Shown here: one piece after another, positions 1 to 60,026 of the stretch
How the letters are laid out: each line of letters opens with the position of its first letter
Numbering within the stretch: position 1 is the first letter of the stretch
Source: Haliotis rubra
Lineage: Eukaryota
DNA length: 64,000 nucleotides
Reading direction: 5' to 3'
NCBI RefSeq assembly: GCF_003918875.1
Contig: NW_025766991.1
Location: 2,170,001-2,234,000 of the forward strand
Translations under genes and position numbers: made by a program
The notes under the pieces: generated by a model
Database searches by the model: none
Seen by the model: the letters and a program-made list of their open reading frames with translations, nothing else
Told to the model about the DNA's origin: nothing

Positions 1-2576
1 CACATTGTACCAATGTGGGGAATCGACCCCGGGTTTTCGGCATGACGAGCGGACGCTTAAACCATTACTCGCTACTCCTTGGCCCTGAGTTGGCCCTTGG
101 TATGGTGTTTGGGACCTATTGAATAATGTTTTGTTGAGGAGCGTGGATCGACACAATTCTTTTGTGGCATGATGTGAGTAATGTCACCTTCTTAGAAACA
201 TATTGGGAACAACAACATATCAACAAAATAGTAAACATGTTAGAGTTATAGCCACTTACCCGCGAACAACAAGAGAATACTGATCGTTGTCTTCATGATG
301 GTACTAATGATTGTCGTTTGTTCAAAACGGCTACTTATGTGAGTGGAAGATTCTTATCTATCATGCTCGATATATTATTTAATGATTGTCTTGAGCGTCT
401 GTGCCCTTGGCCCCAGTTGTCCAAAATAGATATGCCATATTTGGATACTTGATTCCTGATAGGAACAACGGTACATGCACCGAATTCCTTTCATTTAGTT
501 CTCAACAATGTGGACCCTGTCAGCACTCCCTCTGCTTGTCAGCCATTACAGTCACGTGACAACTGACTCGCAGCGACCCGGAGAAGATCAAGGTTAGAAC
601 TGGTCTGCAGCAACCCTTGCTTGTCGTACAAGGCGACTTGGTTCACACGTCGTAGCGACGATTTATGCTCATGACGTCAATCACTGGATTGTCTGGTATA
701 GACTCCATTATTTACAGACCGCCGTCACTCAGCTTAAATATTGCTGAGTGCGGCGTAAAACAACAAACAAACTGCACGTGATCTTTTTACCACCTTTTCG
801 TAAGAGATGTAAACAAACTGGACTTATTTGGAGACAACTTAAAATAGACCGATGGAAACAAAAAGGGAACACCTGAAAGTACAATTGTTCCTTTACTAAT
901 TCCCAAATTTGCATCTACAGTGCAGTACAATGCATGTGAAGAAACCTAGACAACAATAGAGGAACACTTGTACGTCATGCGTTCCCTGTTTAGATCAGTA
1001 TATTTGGGTTCTGCTACACTTTCATATACTTATAGAGCAGCCTGTTATACTGTACAACAACCCTTGAAGTTGTAAAAGGCGACTAGCGGGATCGGGTGGT
1101 CAGGCTCACTGACTTGGTTGACACATGTCATCGTATCCCAGTTGCACAGATCGATGCTCATGCTGTTGATCACTGGATTGTCTGGTCCAGACTCGATTAT
1201 TTACAGACCGCCGCCATATACTGAAATATTGCTGAGGGCAGCATTGAACAACAAACTAAACAGTACAAAAATCTTGTAATGCATTCAAATTACGCAGGTC
1301 TCATTTGATAAAGAAGATGCATATTTTAGTTGTGAAGGAAATAGGGTCTGAACTGTGTACAAGTCTCAAAGATAATTTTTTCTCGTTGCAGGATATATGT
1401 CGGCCAGGATCAGTAGACATCAGTGTTCTGAGATATGAAACGTGACTGTACTTTTATAACTCGTGACATTTTGTTAGATAATATACACCTGAAAAATTAA
1501 CTACCAACACCCATAACGACAGCATTGTCCACTGATTGCATGATTAACACAGTTTCGAAACATATGTAACTAAGTAGAACTTTGATCCAGAACAACTGCA
1601 GGCCTGGACAGTGGTATGGTCGAGTACACATAACCATTGTCCGAAGTTTATAGCCTGTTACAGCAAGAGTTGGTTCAACTATCTGCGTTATTTATACCGA
1701 TATCATTTTGAAATTTGATCCAGAACATGTATATCAAAATCACATTGTAATTATAACCAAGTAACAATTAAGTTTAAAATTGTTTTTTAGGAATGGAGGT
1801 AATTTTCGGGAAGTGAAAACTGGTATGATAATATGAAATTCTGTGATGTTATTCGATACTAGAGACCATATAATAGAGCTGTCGATACATATTTGGGTAA
1901 AGATTAACTGAACCGGCTTGGGGATAAGCATACTATCGTTCCTCAGGCTAGTTATGTTCCGTTCAGGCATATTAAGGGCATTACACATATTTAATCAAGT
2001 TCTGTATGAAGTATTATGTTAATTTATTATATAATTATGTCTATTTTGCTTTATGGCTCAGAGATTTGGAGATCAAATAGTGTCGCAAATATCAACACTT
2101 TGACTATATACTAAACATCAAGTTTAAACAAAATTTACATTGCTGTCACACTCAATATGTGAAATGTGTATTGCTTCACAATTTCTTGGATGTTACAAGA
2201 TCCCGCGGCAGTCAAGGAGATACGTAGAGACGTCGGTACTGGTATTAAATGATCATGATAGGGAGGACGATCATGATATGGGATAAGAAAACCGACTGTC
2301 AAGAGAAGTGGTCTTTATTTATTTTATTATGCCCCTACCGCCTTCGACGTCTGGTCTCTGAGGTACCAAAGTAGATAGGGAGATGAGATCATAATTTATT
2401 ACCTATATGGTGAAACATGATCATGTGCACATATCACTTTTGCCTAGCAACCATTGTTTCTGTATTTCGTCGTCTGTGACGTCATTAAACAATTGAGCGT
2501 GACGTCAATGAAGAGGGCCGTCACACTTGCTTACAGTGTTTTGCTGCACAAATGTACATGAATAAATGGATAATAA

Positions 2577-2695
2577 AGATATTATTACAATCGCAAGTGT
2601 GCTATACGACTTATACCAAACGAGTTTGTGAAATACAAAATTTCACACTCGTTTCGTTTAATTTGTATGGCACACTTGCGAGTGTAATAATCTCT
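2577..2695. repeat. About 120-bp imperfect palindrome, probably part of a non-autonomous DNA element
   Basis: ATTATTACAATCGCAAGTGTGCTATAC...GTATGGCACACTTGCGAGTGTAATAAT with inner AAACGAGT..GTGAAAT / ATTTCAC..ACTCGTTT. Confidence 0.7.
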
Positions 2696-3283
2696 ATGAA
2701 TGATTTGGTTCATTTTAACGCTTCGTAGAATAGAATATCAGTTATATCACGGCGCTTCGGTTTCGCTGACAAGGACGGTCCCTACCGCCAATGACGTCTG
2801 CTGTCTGTATGCAGTAGCCAACAGTTGCTATGGACAACAGGAAGTAGAGAGGGAGATCAGATCTAAAATAAATGAATTGGGTTTCTTTAATATTTAGAAC
2901 AGTATTTCAGTTGAAGTTGAACTGTGGTGAAAGGTTGCTACGATACGTGACTTTTATCACTCAGATTCATCCACAAGTAGGGTTGCTATGATGCCTTCCG
3001 GGTGGAAAAAGATTAAAAGATTAACAGACAAGTAATCGCTTATTTGCAATGTAATGATTTGATTCCAATAAAATGTTGTGTTTAAATACACTAATACTGT
3101 AAATATAGATGCAAAAAAGAACGAAAAACTAGTTTATTCAGAAAAGCAAACATGGCTAAAATCTCTCAATGCATAGTGCGGATAACTATGGTAGTATGAC
3201 GTTAACATTGCTGTCATCTTCAGGATTCTGGATTATATTCCTTGAGAAAGTAGCAACATAAATATCAATAACCGAGTACAATG

Positions 3284-4110
3284 TCAATAAATGGTGTAAC
3301 CTCCACCAACTGCAATAACATCCCTAACCCTCCTGCTAAATGACTGTATCAGAAGTTGAATTTGACGTTGGGGTATTGCGTTCCATTCTTCACTGAGGGC
3401 TTGTTCCAATACATCAAGATTTTGTACTGGGAGATCTCTCTAGTATATAATGTCCCAAACATGCTCTGTAAGACTGAGATCTGGACTCCTGGTGGGCCAA
3501 GGTGGAGTTGCTACTGCCTCTTGACGTAAGAAATCCCCTACAGCAGGTGCACGCTGTGGACCAGCATTATCGTCCAGGGGCTCCTTTCACGAAGCAACCT
3601 TTACTAAGGTTAACCTTAACTCCCATTCTTTAACACTGCACTAGGGTTACCTTAGAGACTTACGATCACCTTAGTGTTTTGTGAAAGGAGGCCCAGGAAG
3701 TCAGGCCTTGTGTTAAGGGTATGATCATCGGAATGTGGCACAGCAACCCCGTCTAGGATCTAGAGTGTCAGTGATGTACCGCTGACCATTCAGATTTTAT
3801 TAGACTGTTCTGTTGGATAAACGATGATGTGGAAGCCACTCTGTTTTTAACACGCCATGATGCCGTTTTGACATGAACGGATGAAGTCTTGAGATTCTGA
3901 AAGGGCTGTATCATCGCTGGAGTTGTCGACCTGAACACTCACGGCCCCTAACGTCTTTAGTTTGCTGATGTTTTCTGGCCAGTCGGCTGATAGTCGATTG
4001 GATGACAACCAACATCTCTTGCAATAGCTCTCAATGACATGTCAGAATTCCGCATACCCTGAAACAATTATATACCCAATACATTCCTTGCTGGGGCGAT
4101 ATGCAAGTCT
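3284..4110 (-). pseudogene. Decayed Tc1-family DDE transposase remnant
   Basis: Minus-strand translation FLDDNAGPQRA...WPTRSPDLSLTEHVWD and LEQALSEEWNAIPQ...GGGYTIY* match Tc1 motifs; frameshifted, partly deleted and interrupted by a MITE. Confidence 0.85.
3578..3693. mobile_element. MITE (PIF/Harbinger-like) inserted in the Tc1 remnant
   Basis: TIRs GGGCTCCTTTCAC / GTGAAAGGAGGCC; 3-bp CAG TSD; relatives at about 14680-14884 and 62552-62662. Confidence 0.7.
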
Positions 4111-4682
4111 AGAATATGTGTCAAGTCTCGATTACCACAGTTTTGGAAATGAAGAAAGACTCGGGGCTCCTTTTTAATGTATTTCATGAAATTAATTCAG
4201 ATACCGATTTTTCTATAAGAAGAGACAACATGTTAGTCTACGACACAATAATTTGCGGTCTTTGAGTTGTCTCTTGAGGAGGCCCCAAATTTGCTGTTCA
4301 ACAACGATATCTTGATTCTTTCCAAGTTATCGAGCTTTAAGAACAGTTCCCCGAAAGTTGATATTTGCTTAATGGCGGGTGCACGATTTGCGTGTGATGC
4401 TGGTATATCATCGAATAACATTCATATCTAAAATCAATGTATGGTGCGTTAAAATACTCGTACAAACAAACGCCAAAATATTAGTCATTAGTGCTGAGTA
4501 ATTGTTATCAACAAGTATTTGCTTGGTTCCACAAGAAACCCAAGACAGACATCTGCGGTTTCCCAGTCTATAAATGAACATGGGAGAGGCAAGGTTAGAC
4601 TGACCTTCACCTTTGAAAAGTAGATTGCGTAACAAGATTTCAGGTCAGTTATCTGTTTTCAAACATTGCAAAAGAATTGTTT

Positions 4683-6191
4683 CTGTTTCAGGACATGTCT
4701 GTCAGTTGTCTGTTTAAGGATGTCTGCCAATGTTGTCTGTTTCAGGACGTCTGCCAATGTTGTTGTCTGTTTAAGGACGTCTGGCAATGTTGTTGTCTGT
4801 TTCAGGACGTCTGCCATTGTTGTTGTTTGTTTCAGGACGTCTGCCAATGTTGTTGTCTGTTTCAGGACGTCTGCCAATGTTGTTGTCTGTTTCAGGACGT
4901 CAGCCATTGTTATTGTCTGTTTCAGGACGTCTGGCAATGCTGTTGTCTGTTTCAGGACGTCTGCCATTGTTATTGTCTGTTTCAGGACGTCTGCCAATGT
5001 TGTTGTCTGTTTCAGGACGTCTGCCAATGTTGTTGTCTGTTTCAGGACGTCTGCCATTGTTATTGTCTGTTTCAGGACGTCTGGCAATGTTGTTGTCTGT
5101 TTCAGGACGTCTGCCAATGTTGTTGTCTGTTTAAGGACGTCTGCCAATGTTGTTGTCTGTTTAAGGACGTCTGCCAATGTTGTTGTCTGTTTAAGGACGT
5201 CTGCCAATGTTGTTGTCTGTTTCAGGACGTCTGCCAATGTTGTTGTCTGTTTCAGGACGTCTGCCAATGTTGTTGTCTGTTTCAGGACGTCTGCCAATGT
5301 TGTTGTCTGTTTCAGGACGTCTGCCAATGTTGTTGTCTGTTTCAGGACGTCTGCCAATGTTGTTGTCTGTTTAAGGACGTCTGCCAATGTTGTTGTCTGT
5401 TTCAGGACGTCTGCCAATGTTGTTGTCTGTTTCAGGACGTCTGCCAATGTTGTTGTCTGTTTCAGGACGTCTGCCAATGTTGTTGTCTGTTTCAGGACGT
5501 CTGGCAATGTTGTTGTCTGTTTCAGGACGTCTGCCAATGTTGTTGTCTGTTTCAGGACGTCTGCCAATGTTGTTGTCTGTTTCAGGACGTCTGCCAATGT
5601 TGTTGTCTGTTTAAGGACAGGACGTCTGCAATGTTGTCTGTTTCAGGACGTCTGCCAATGTTGTTGTCTGTTTCAGGACGTCTGCCAATGTTGTTGTCTG
5701 TTTCAGGACGTTTGCCAATGTTGTTGTCTGTTTCAGGACGTCTGCCAATGTTGTTGTCTGTTTCAGGACGTCTGCAATGTTGTTGTCTGTTTAAGGACGT
5801 CTGCCAATGTTGTTGTCTGTTTCAGGACGTCTGCCATTGTTGTTGTCTGTTTCAGGACGTCAGCCATTGTTGTTGTCTGTTTCAGGACGTCTGGCAATGC
5901 TGTTGTCTGTTTCAGGACGTCTGCCATTGTTATTGTCTGTTTGAGGACGTCTGGCAATGTTGTTGTCTGTTTCAGGACGTCTGCCAATGTTGTTGTCTGT
6001 TTAAGGACGTCTGCCAATGTTGTTGTCTGTTTAAGGACGTCTGCCAATGTTGTTGTCTGTTTCAGGACGTCTGCCAATGTTGTTGTCTGTTTCAGGACGT
6101 CTGCCAATGTTGTTGTCTGTTTCAGGACGTCTGGCAATGTTGTTGTCTGTTTCAGGACGTCTGCCAATGTTGTTGTCTGTTTAAGGACATC
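4683..6191. repeat. 30-bp minisatellite, about 50 copies
   Basis: Unit CTGTTTCAGGACGTCTGCCAATGTTGTTGT; explains all ORFs at 4659-6216. Confidence 0.98.
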
Positions 6192-6651
6192 TAGGGTTCA
6201 ACTCGCACTTTGTTGATTATTGAACATATACACCAACATGTATGCACATGGCGTGTGTATGAATGCGTGCGCTTGCCCTGGTCATTACAATTTTCTGGTT
6301 TTATAGTGCACATCACACCATCTGTGTTGGCTAGGTTACCCCACTCAAACATGATAAACTGTCACCAAACTGACCAGTCATATTTCACCCCCTTTTATGC
6401 GAAGTGTCGACCTTTAGCTCTGGGCAGACGGCTTATCCTCGAGATCATTGATATGGCCAATGGTGACACTATATAGTTATCCCCCAACAAGTCACGCACG
6501 TACACACAGTTTAGTTGCAGCTGAGCATAACAATGTGCTATAAAAGAACATTCGTTCATGCTTAGTTTCATTAATTAATTTATGCTTACGCTCATTCATC
6601 ACCTTCAAATCGTCTGGACGAGTACCAGCGCGCAGGGACCCAAGCACGTGA

Positions 6652-7476
6652 GGGCTGTAGGTGAATTCGTAGACCAGACTGGTTCGTAGACGTGGAAATC
6701 CGGTGGATTCGTAGACGGATTGAGCGGTAAATTCGTAGACGTTATTAAAATGGGAAAAGTTCAACCTCAATGATGATGAAAATCGACGAAAAGTGTTTGC
6801 ATTTTGTGAAATAAATAAATTATATCAGGTAAGAATGATCGGCGGTGAAAATATGCTTAAAATAATAAAATATGCTTCACAGCGGTCCACGTCCGACAAA
6901 TTCCGACAAATCATAGGCCGCTAATATATTAAATTCAGTTGTGTAAAATAAAAAGATATGTATTAGGTAAGTATCGTCATTCAACTTTCAACTACGCAGA
7001 CCAGCAGAGAAGTAGCAGAAAACACTTCTTAAGAAAACACTTACATCTCCTACATAGAGTATTTCGCAATCAAAACAACTCACCACTTCCTAAGTAACAT
7101 TCACAACAACTCAGTGAAACCTGTTAATCCTCCCACAACAATGAAAACAGTCGGGAAATTATGATGAGTAGACTAATTTTGTCTGATCCGCCGACAAAGT
7201 TTACCTGTACAAACACTTATGGTATATAAACCTCAAGAAGGTAAGAAGAGATCATTCTTCAATCACACTTTCTTGTCCTTATCTGCCCTTAGCTTCGTAT
7301 CACTGAAAACAAAGCATAACAATTTCGTTATACACATTCTAAGTAAAAATCAAACTTAATAAATACTATTATTCAATTATTGATACACGTCTACGAAATC
7401 ACCGTCTACGAACCAGTCTGTGTTACGAATCCACCGCGTCTACGAACTGGTTCAGTCTACGATATCACCGTATCCC
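6652..7476. mobile_element. Non-autonomous DNA transposon with subterminal TTCGTAGAC repeats
   Basis: GGG...CCC ends, inverted arrays of TTCGTAGAC / GTCTACGAA, 7-bp TSD CACGTGA at 6645-6651 and 7477-7483. Confidence 0.8.
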
Positions 7477-7852
7477 CACGTGAGCACGCATACGCACACA
7501 CATATCATGTGCATGCGTGGCGAAATATTTTCAATAACCATCATCCTGACACCAATACCCATGTTGTCTTCATGAAAAGCCTCGAGAAAAGCAAAATGGG
7601 TAAGCAATTTCATGACAGGACTACTTTTTCTCAGTATGTTTGAGTGAGTGTGCAGGTCATTAGTGCCGAGTTCTGTTGTTCTTATTAGCAAAGTATGCCG
7701 GTACAGTATGTCATGCACAGAAACAGAGGTTTCAAATGTATTTACAAAATTACTTGTTTAAAGACTGTGCTCACCTCAAGTATGCCCTTACTGACCGCCA
7801 GTGTATTTACAACACTACTATTGGATTCCTATATTTGTAGTATGTAGATAAA

Positions 7853-8186
7853 GGTGAGGTGAGGTGAAATTGGGTTTTAACGTCGTGCTTGAGAATATTT
7901 CGCTCATATGACGACCTGCATGCTGTGTATAAGTATGTGCGGCTGCTTGTACTAGCCCCGACTTAAGCTGGTTTTATAGTGCTAGCCCACTGAGATACCA
8001 TGCCGCAGTGAAGCATGAGTACCCCACTCAGACACATTATACTGACTCCGAGCCGACCAGTCCTTGTTGTAACCCATTAATGTCAAGAGCCAGGCAGGGA
8101 CCAACAAGTACCACATTTTAACGTCTTTCGTTATGACGCGGTTGGGGATCGAACCCACGACCTTCCGCTCTCACCACCGAGGCGGT
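7853..8186 (-). mobile_element. tRNA-derived SINE family C (Meta-domain-like), head internally deleted
   Basis: Homologous to 37143-37495; TSD TATGTAGATAAA on both sides. Confidence 0.85.
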
Positions 8187-8285
8187 TATGTAGATAAAGA
8201 ATCACATACTACCTACATGTATCTTTGTAGTATGTGTAGGAACTGTATGCGTACATTTGTGTATATGCGTAGTTGTTCTGTTTGT

Positions 8286-8291
8286 TTTATT
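8286..8291 (-). terminator. Candidate polyadenylation signal AATAAA for ACTN (a second candidate at 8708-8713)
   Basis: AATAAA on the minus strand about 1.9 kb and 1.45 kb past the stop; motif match only. Confidence 0.35.
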
Positions 8292-10165
8292 GTAGAAGTG
8301 ATAGTTTCACTTAAAAACCACATCTAAATGAAACCACTGGACCCTGAAGGCCAGAGCAGGATCTGATGTCTACAAGTGGATGGTGCAGTTCTGCTACATT
8401 TCCTCAGTTGACACCATAATGAACTACATGTAATTAGTAAAAGTTCTGCCATGCAGACCAAAAGCTCTCAAGAGATTCCCTTAATGGAACAAGACCAGGG
8501 ACTAAAATAAGCCTTGGTCAAGATTCAGTAACATCACAGCTACAAAAAACAGTGGTTGGTTCTCAGTTGTCTTGTTTACAATATGTATCCATCAAAGTTT
8601 CTCCAATGAAACATTCCACAATTTTAAGATGATCCTCTTCCGAAATCCACTGCTGTTGAGCTGAGAGACAAAGAACTGGAGTCAGGTTGTTGTAAAGAGG
8701 TAAGACTTTTATTGGGCAGTATCTAATCAGTAGACATGAAGGTAGCGCGCGAAAGAGACTACATGTCAAGCTGGGGTGATATGTCGCTGGTCGGCGGTCA
8801 GCTGTAGGTCCTTCACATCAATACACTGACCACTCAACCAGTCTTAGCACAAGGTGCTAAATTTTGATTTCTTTTTCATGGTGTAATATCAAAATCTACA
8901 GATCAAGGCTGCAACTCAAAGTTTTGATTACAGTAATAACACCTTGCAGTGAGTAGATTAATGTACAAATCTGTATAAAGATTAGTAGTGTATTTGTTAA
9001 TGACATGGCCCAGCTTATATGCAACAATGCATCTTTAAAATATATGGCTTGTGGCAATGTGTTATACAAAGTGTATCTATAAAGAAAATATTTTCAAATC
9101 ACATTTTATGAGAGTTATGCTTGGAAGATCACGAAGGAGCAAACAAAGACATGAATTATATTTGATAAATCTTATGAATAAATCAAGAAGCTATGTCCAG
9201 ATAGATGTACTGAACCTGTATTGAGGGTTATTCAGCTGGGTTATGATAAATACACACGTACCAGATATAAGCACTTCTCAGTCCCATCGTGAGAAATCAG
9301 TCATTTAGCACAGTATGCCAACCAAACACATTAAATAATATCTATGTAACTAGATACAGCTCATGTTTAAAATATTACATCAACATCCCCACAAAGTAAT
9401 GGGCTGGCAGACTGGAGGCCAGGTCCGCCTATAAAATCATCTGTCCAACAGGAAACCAGAAAATTGAAAATACTCTTACAGCAAACCGTACATATGGAGA
9501 TGATGGACTTATTATACACATACTCTCCCCATCCCCACCCTCCTGCCCCTCCCCCTCCCTACGCTGGCATGGCAGTGTTATGTACGTACACTCACAAAAT
9601 ACTTGCTAGATCTACGTCTATGTTGGTATTAATACCATACACAGCGGAACCCTCGTGGCACGGCTGCTTCACAGAACGCCAAACAAAGCCTCTACGCCAT
9701 CTCAACCTGTATATTGCCTCAGTAGTCATGCTCACAAAAATATCAGATGGGTATGCATAGCATTCAAGGTGATGTGTAAAAATTTCAGCTTTTTGTAAAA
9801 ATATAAGCCATGTATCATCCAGGAAGCATTGTCAAATATGCAGCATAGACCAAGGCATGGGGACTACTTTGTGAAGTAGATAAGTTGATGTCCCATGATA
9901 ACTGGCTACGTACTGGCGACCACGCTCACTTGCTCCCCAAGGAGACTACAGTTTGGGGTCTACAGCAGTGACCAGGAGCATGCACAACAGAAGAGGGTCG
10001 GTCGGTCGGTTGGACGATGGCGTTAGTCGCAACTACAGTATAACTGATACTGATCACACAGAGACACTCCTCACATACAAATTAGGGTGGGCTAAACTGC
10101 ACACCACTGCCTGGCTATGCTGCACACTCAGAGTAGTGTCCCCTGGTTGCCGCTGACCAACGTGT

Positions 10166-56132
<45,967 letters not shown>

Positions 56133-58379
56133 TTTTGTGGCTCCTCTCCTACTCCCGGCTTACAAAGGTGCTGAAAGAATTATATACGGCAATTTTGATG
56201 TGCTTTACTTGGGCAGCATGAATCTTTACAGGGCTGTACACCGCCCGCCAGCCGAGTAAGATGGTTGGTCACGTGACGAGAGCTCCGGAAGTGAATGCCT
56301 TCTTTCGTCAGAGTTCCGTGTCAAAGGTCACAGAAAGGAGGTGTGACCGATCGGCTACAGTTGTCACAGTGGAATGTTCACTGAAAGTCAAAACAAACAA
56401 TGGTTACAAACTAATGACAACCGAAGTAATCCATTTCGCCCACAAGATCAAGGTTTGTCGAGGATCGTACAGTAACAAGCTACTGAATAGGCCAAGGCGT
56501 TAGGCACTCTATATAGCCAATTTGAAATCAGCTGTCAATCAGATTGTCAACACGCGCTTGTAATACCAATGACTACTTGTAAGACAGTTGTCATATAAAA
56601 GCAACATTACCCATTTGTGAAAATTTGAAGGAAGGGATCATTTAAAAATTGACAAATCCGATGCTTGGATTAAAACAAATAAAAAGTAATAGTTTACTTA
56701 CTATACATTAACAGATTAATTCCCATGTCCGTGTTATAAATAAAATAAGACGATTGGCCTAACGTTATGTAGGCGAGGGTAAAACACATTAACAATGGAC
56801 GCGATAAGGACTTAAGCTGGGAAATCCAACGGCATTACGAATACTTCCTAAATGCGGAAATGACCATATTAAGTCAGCTGTAAACTGAAATGCGGTTATC
56901 AAGTTATTCATACTTAGAGATATGTAAATTGTAACTTAAATCCATTATCCTGTTAGGCTTATAATTATATGTATGACATCGCATCAGTGAAATGAGTCCA
57001 CATTTTGTAATATACGCCTTTCATGTGAAAAGAAGTGTACGTCTTTCGGGTGGATTTGTAATCAAACTAAGTGTAAAGTTGCCCCAAATTAAAACGTACA
57101 GCCCGTCCCGGGTATACATTTCTAACCATTGATTGTATAAGATCGATGAGTCATTTGTATCGGCAGTTAATAATTACATGAGTGGGTTAGCATTCGATGT
57201 CCTTCTAACACTATTTCATGAAGGTGTGTCAGCTTAGGTGCTGTTAACATGACATAAACTATTTTTATAGCTCAACTGGGACTTGATTATAAATCGGTTT
57301 GTTTCCAGTTACGTCATGTACGTGGACCGAGGCAATCAACGCATGCGCCAGGTACCACTATAAGCGGACATAAGCCAGGCGTATGTATCCACACAACGCT
57401 ACAGCTGAAACTTGAGCTGTCTTAATTGGGTTTAAAAAAATATGCCCATTTCTCTAGGAAATTGAGTAAAATGGCAAAGTGAAATTGAATCGGTTAAAAA
57501 TATGGCGTTTTAGAAACTAAAACATTTCTTAGCTCCATTTGTCATTCCCAATTAACTAAATACGAGTTGTACATGCCACGACTCAGCATATGTTGTATGG
57601 TGTCATTTCAGTAACACAGAAATACACAACTGAAACCTACATGCTTATTCTCTCTCTCAGACCCTTTAACACACTTTTTTTCACAAAACAATCATCATCA
57701 TAAGCTGTCCCGCACAGACAGTCCTTTTAAATATTAGATTTAAAAGGTTTTCTATATCGGGGCCAATATGTTATCCTACCATGAATTTTGAAATTACTCG
57801 ACTGGTCAATCAGAGATGGTCAAGTCATAATAACGATGCATGTACTACTTACTACCTGTGGTACCGTATCAAATACATGTACATCACCAAAGAATAACCA
57901 TATCTTGCTTGTTTCATCAGAGACCATGTAATAGATCTATTATATGGCCTCTGGTTTCACTATCAAAACAATGGTGTAAACTTTTTTTCGCATGGCAGTT
58001 TATATAAACAAACTATTGTATTATGTTGTCGGTAAATTGGTAAGAAGTGACAACAAAAGATTCTGTAAAATATTCAAGGTCCGACCAAATAGCCAATGAG
58101 GCACTCAGAACTATGAATAACGTATGAATAACATAGAAAGGTCATCACAGAAAGGGGACTATATATACAACGCCAACAGACGCCATTATACTAAGGTTTA
58201 TGTCCTAATAAGTATACAGGTTTATGTACTAATAGGTAGAGATTCCACGTTGACTCTCTTACCAGACAAGCTTCATGAACCCGATGAACTGGCTAATCCT
58301 GCCCCAAGTACTGCTGACTATTCTGAATCGTGGGTGATAAATGACATGTATATTGCTGTTCTCTCGACCACCTACCTTC

Positions 58380-58493
58380 TCAGAGCTCTGTCTCTGCTAA
58401 TGATGCCCTCAGTAAGCACTGTCCGAATCGAAACTGACCGGTGTCCGTGGAGGCTGTACTATACCTCCGCGCTGGACGCTGTTGAGTAATTCG
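58380..58493 (-). CDS. Possible terminal coding exon of an unidentified upstream gene (RITQQRPARRYSTAS...LAETEL*)
   Basis: Strong acceptor CTTCTTCTTCCCCCGCAG|, GC-richer open frame to TGA; no homology recognised. Confidence 0.35.
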   Translation of the reverse strand, partial: RITQQRPARRYSTASTDTGQFRFGQCLLRASLAETEL

Positions 58494-59369
58494 CTGCGGG
58501 GGAAGAAGAAGGTCAGGTTTCACTTTTCGGTTGTCCACAGATGACCAGCGTTAATTAGGGTAATGTGTGTGTGATCATTGTTATAGTGATACTGGTCAAT
58601 ATCATGTAATGTCCATTAGGGAGCTATTCGCAGTGGTTGGTGACTTTGAAACTAAGTGGTTGATGTATGTTGGTCATTTTGAAATGAACCCTTACAGTCG
58701 AATTCCAGACGTAGCGCATCATGCACGTACGCAAACGAAATCACATAAATTTCAAATAAACAACAACGAACACTGAGCAGTAGCAGAAATCTGTCATAGT
58801 TTAGCAAGAGCCGACCTCATTAACATCACATATTGGTTCTCGCTATTGTCTGTCATACAATCAATATCAATCATGCAAGGCATTCTATAACATGTAGCAA
58901 GTCTAGATTTCGGCATTTTCAGGAAAACGAATACAGTCTCTTGGCTCTTTTTATATTGTTTTAAAATATTTTAAGAATTTGTTTCCTATAAAATATGTTT
59001 ATTTCAGAGACTACTGCTACTTTGTTTAGTGATTCCGACATCTGAGATCTGTTACTATGTTGTGGCGCATGTCATTAAAGAAGTCACACTCTTTGTTTAT
59101 TGACTTACTTGTAATATTGGTCTTTTGCCATCTGCATCCTACATGACATGCACCTCGTTGTCCTATGCCATGTTGTTTGTTTTGTCAGCGTACTGGTTTT
59201 TGTTTTGTCTTCTCAACCTTCAGTTTCGCACGTATGGTTTACTCTTGTCTTGTTATTGGATATTTGTTTCGTATATTGTATCTTATTAGACCTTTTTCTA
59301 GTGCATCTTATTGTCTCTTTACCTCAAACTACTTACTGACTAAGAATCTGGCTTTTCGTCTCAAGTATC

Positions 59370-59965
59370 TTACTGGCCGTGTGTCTCATGCAACCTACTG
59401 GCCTTGTGTGTCTCATGCAACCTACTGGCCGTGTGTCTCATGCAACCTACTGGCCTTGTGTCTCATGCAACCTACTGACCTTGTGTCTCATGCAACCTAC
59501 TGGCCGTGTGTCTCATGCAACCTACTGACCTTGTGTCTCATCATATACTGACATTGTGTCTCACCAACCTACTGGCCGTGTGTCTCATCAACCTACTGGC
59601 CGTGTGTTTCATGCAACCTACTGGCCGTGTGTCTCATGCAACCTACTGACCTTGTGTCTCATCAACCTACTGGCCTTGTGTCTCATCAACCTACTGACCT
59701 TGTGTCTCATGCAACCTACTGGCCGTGTGTCTCATGCAACCTACTGACCTTGTGTCTCATGCAACCTACTGACCTTGTGTCTCATCAACCTACTGGCCTT
59801 GTGTCTCATGCAACCTACTGACCTTGTGTCTCATGCAACCTACTGGCCGTGTGTCTCATGCAACCTACTGACCTTGTGTCTCATGCAACCTACTGACCTT
59901 GTGTCTCATCAACCTACTGACCTTGTGTCTCATCAACCTACTGGCCTTGTGTCTGCAACCTACTG
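59370..59965. repeat. 25-bp (24-bp variant) minisatellite, about 24 copies
   Basis: Unit GTGTCTCATGCAACCTACTGGCC(G/T)T. Confidence 0.95.
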
Positions 59966-60026
59966 TCCTGACCCTTCGTTTTTCTTCATCTTATTGGATG
60001 TTTGTTGGGTGCCTCTTGTTGGAGTG

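Noticed and set aside
1392-1445. Possible plus-strand terminal exon after TTTTCTCGTTGCAG
   Set aside because: Very short, no recognisable homology and no partner exons identifiable in the window.
4659-6216. Long repetitive ORFs (LADVLKQTTT, Cys-rich CCCLFQDVCQ) as a repeat or metallothionein-like protein
   Set aside because: Products of a 30-bp minisatellite open in several frames on both strands; internal indels switch frames and there is no unique coding flank.
59370-59965. Repetitive ORFs or a CRISPR array
   Set aside because: 25-bp tandem repeat without spacers.
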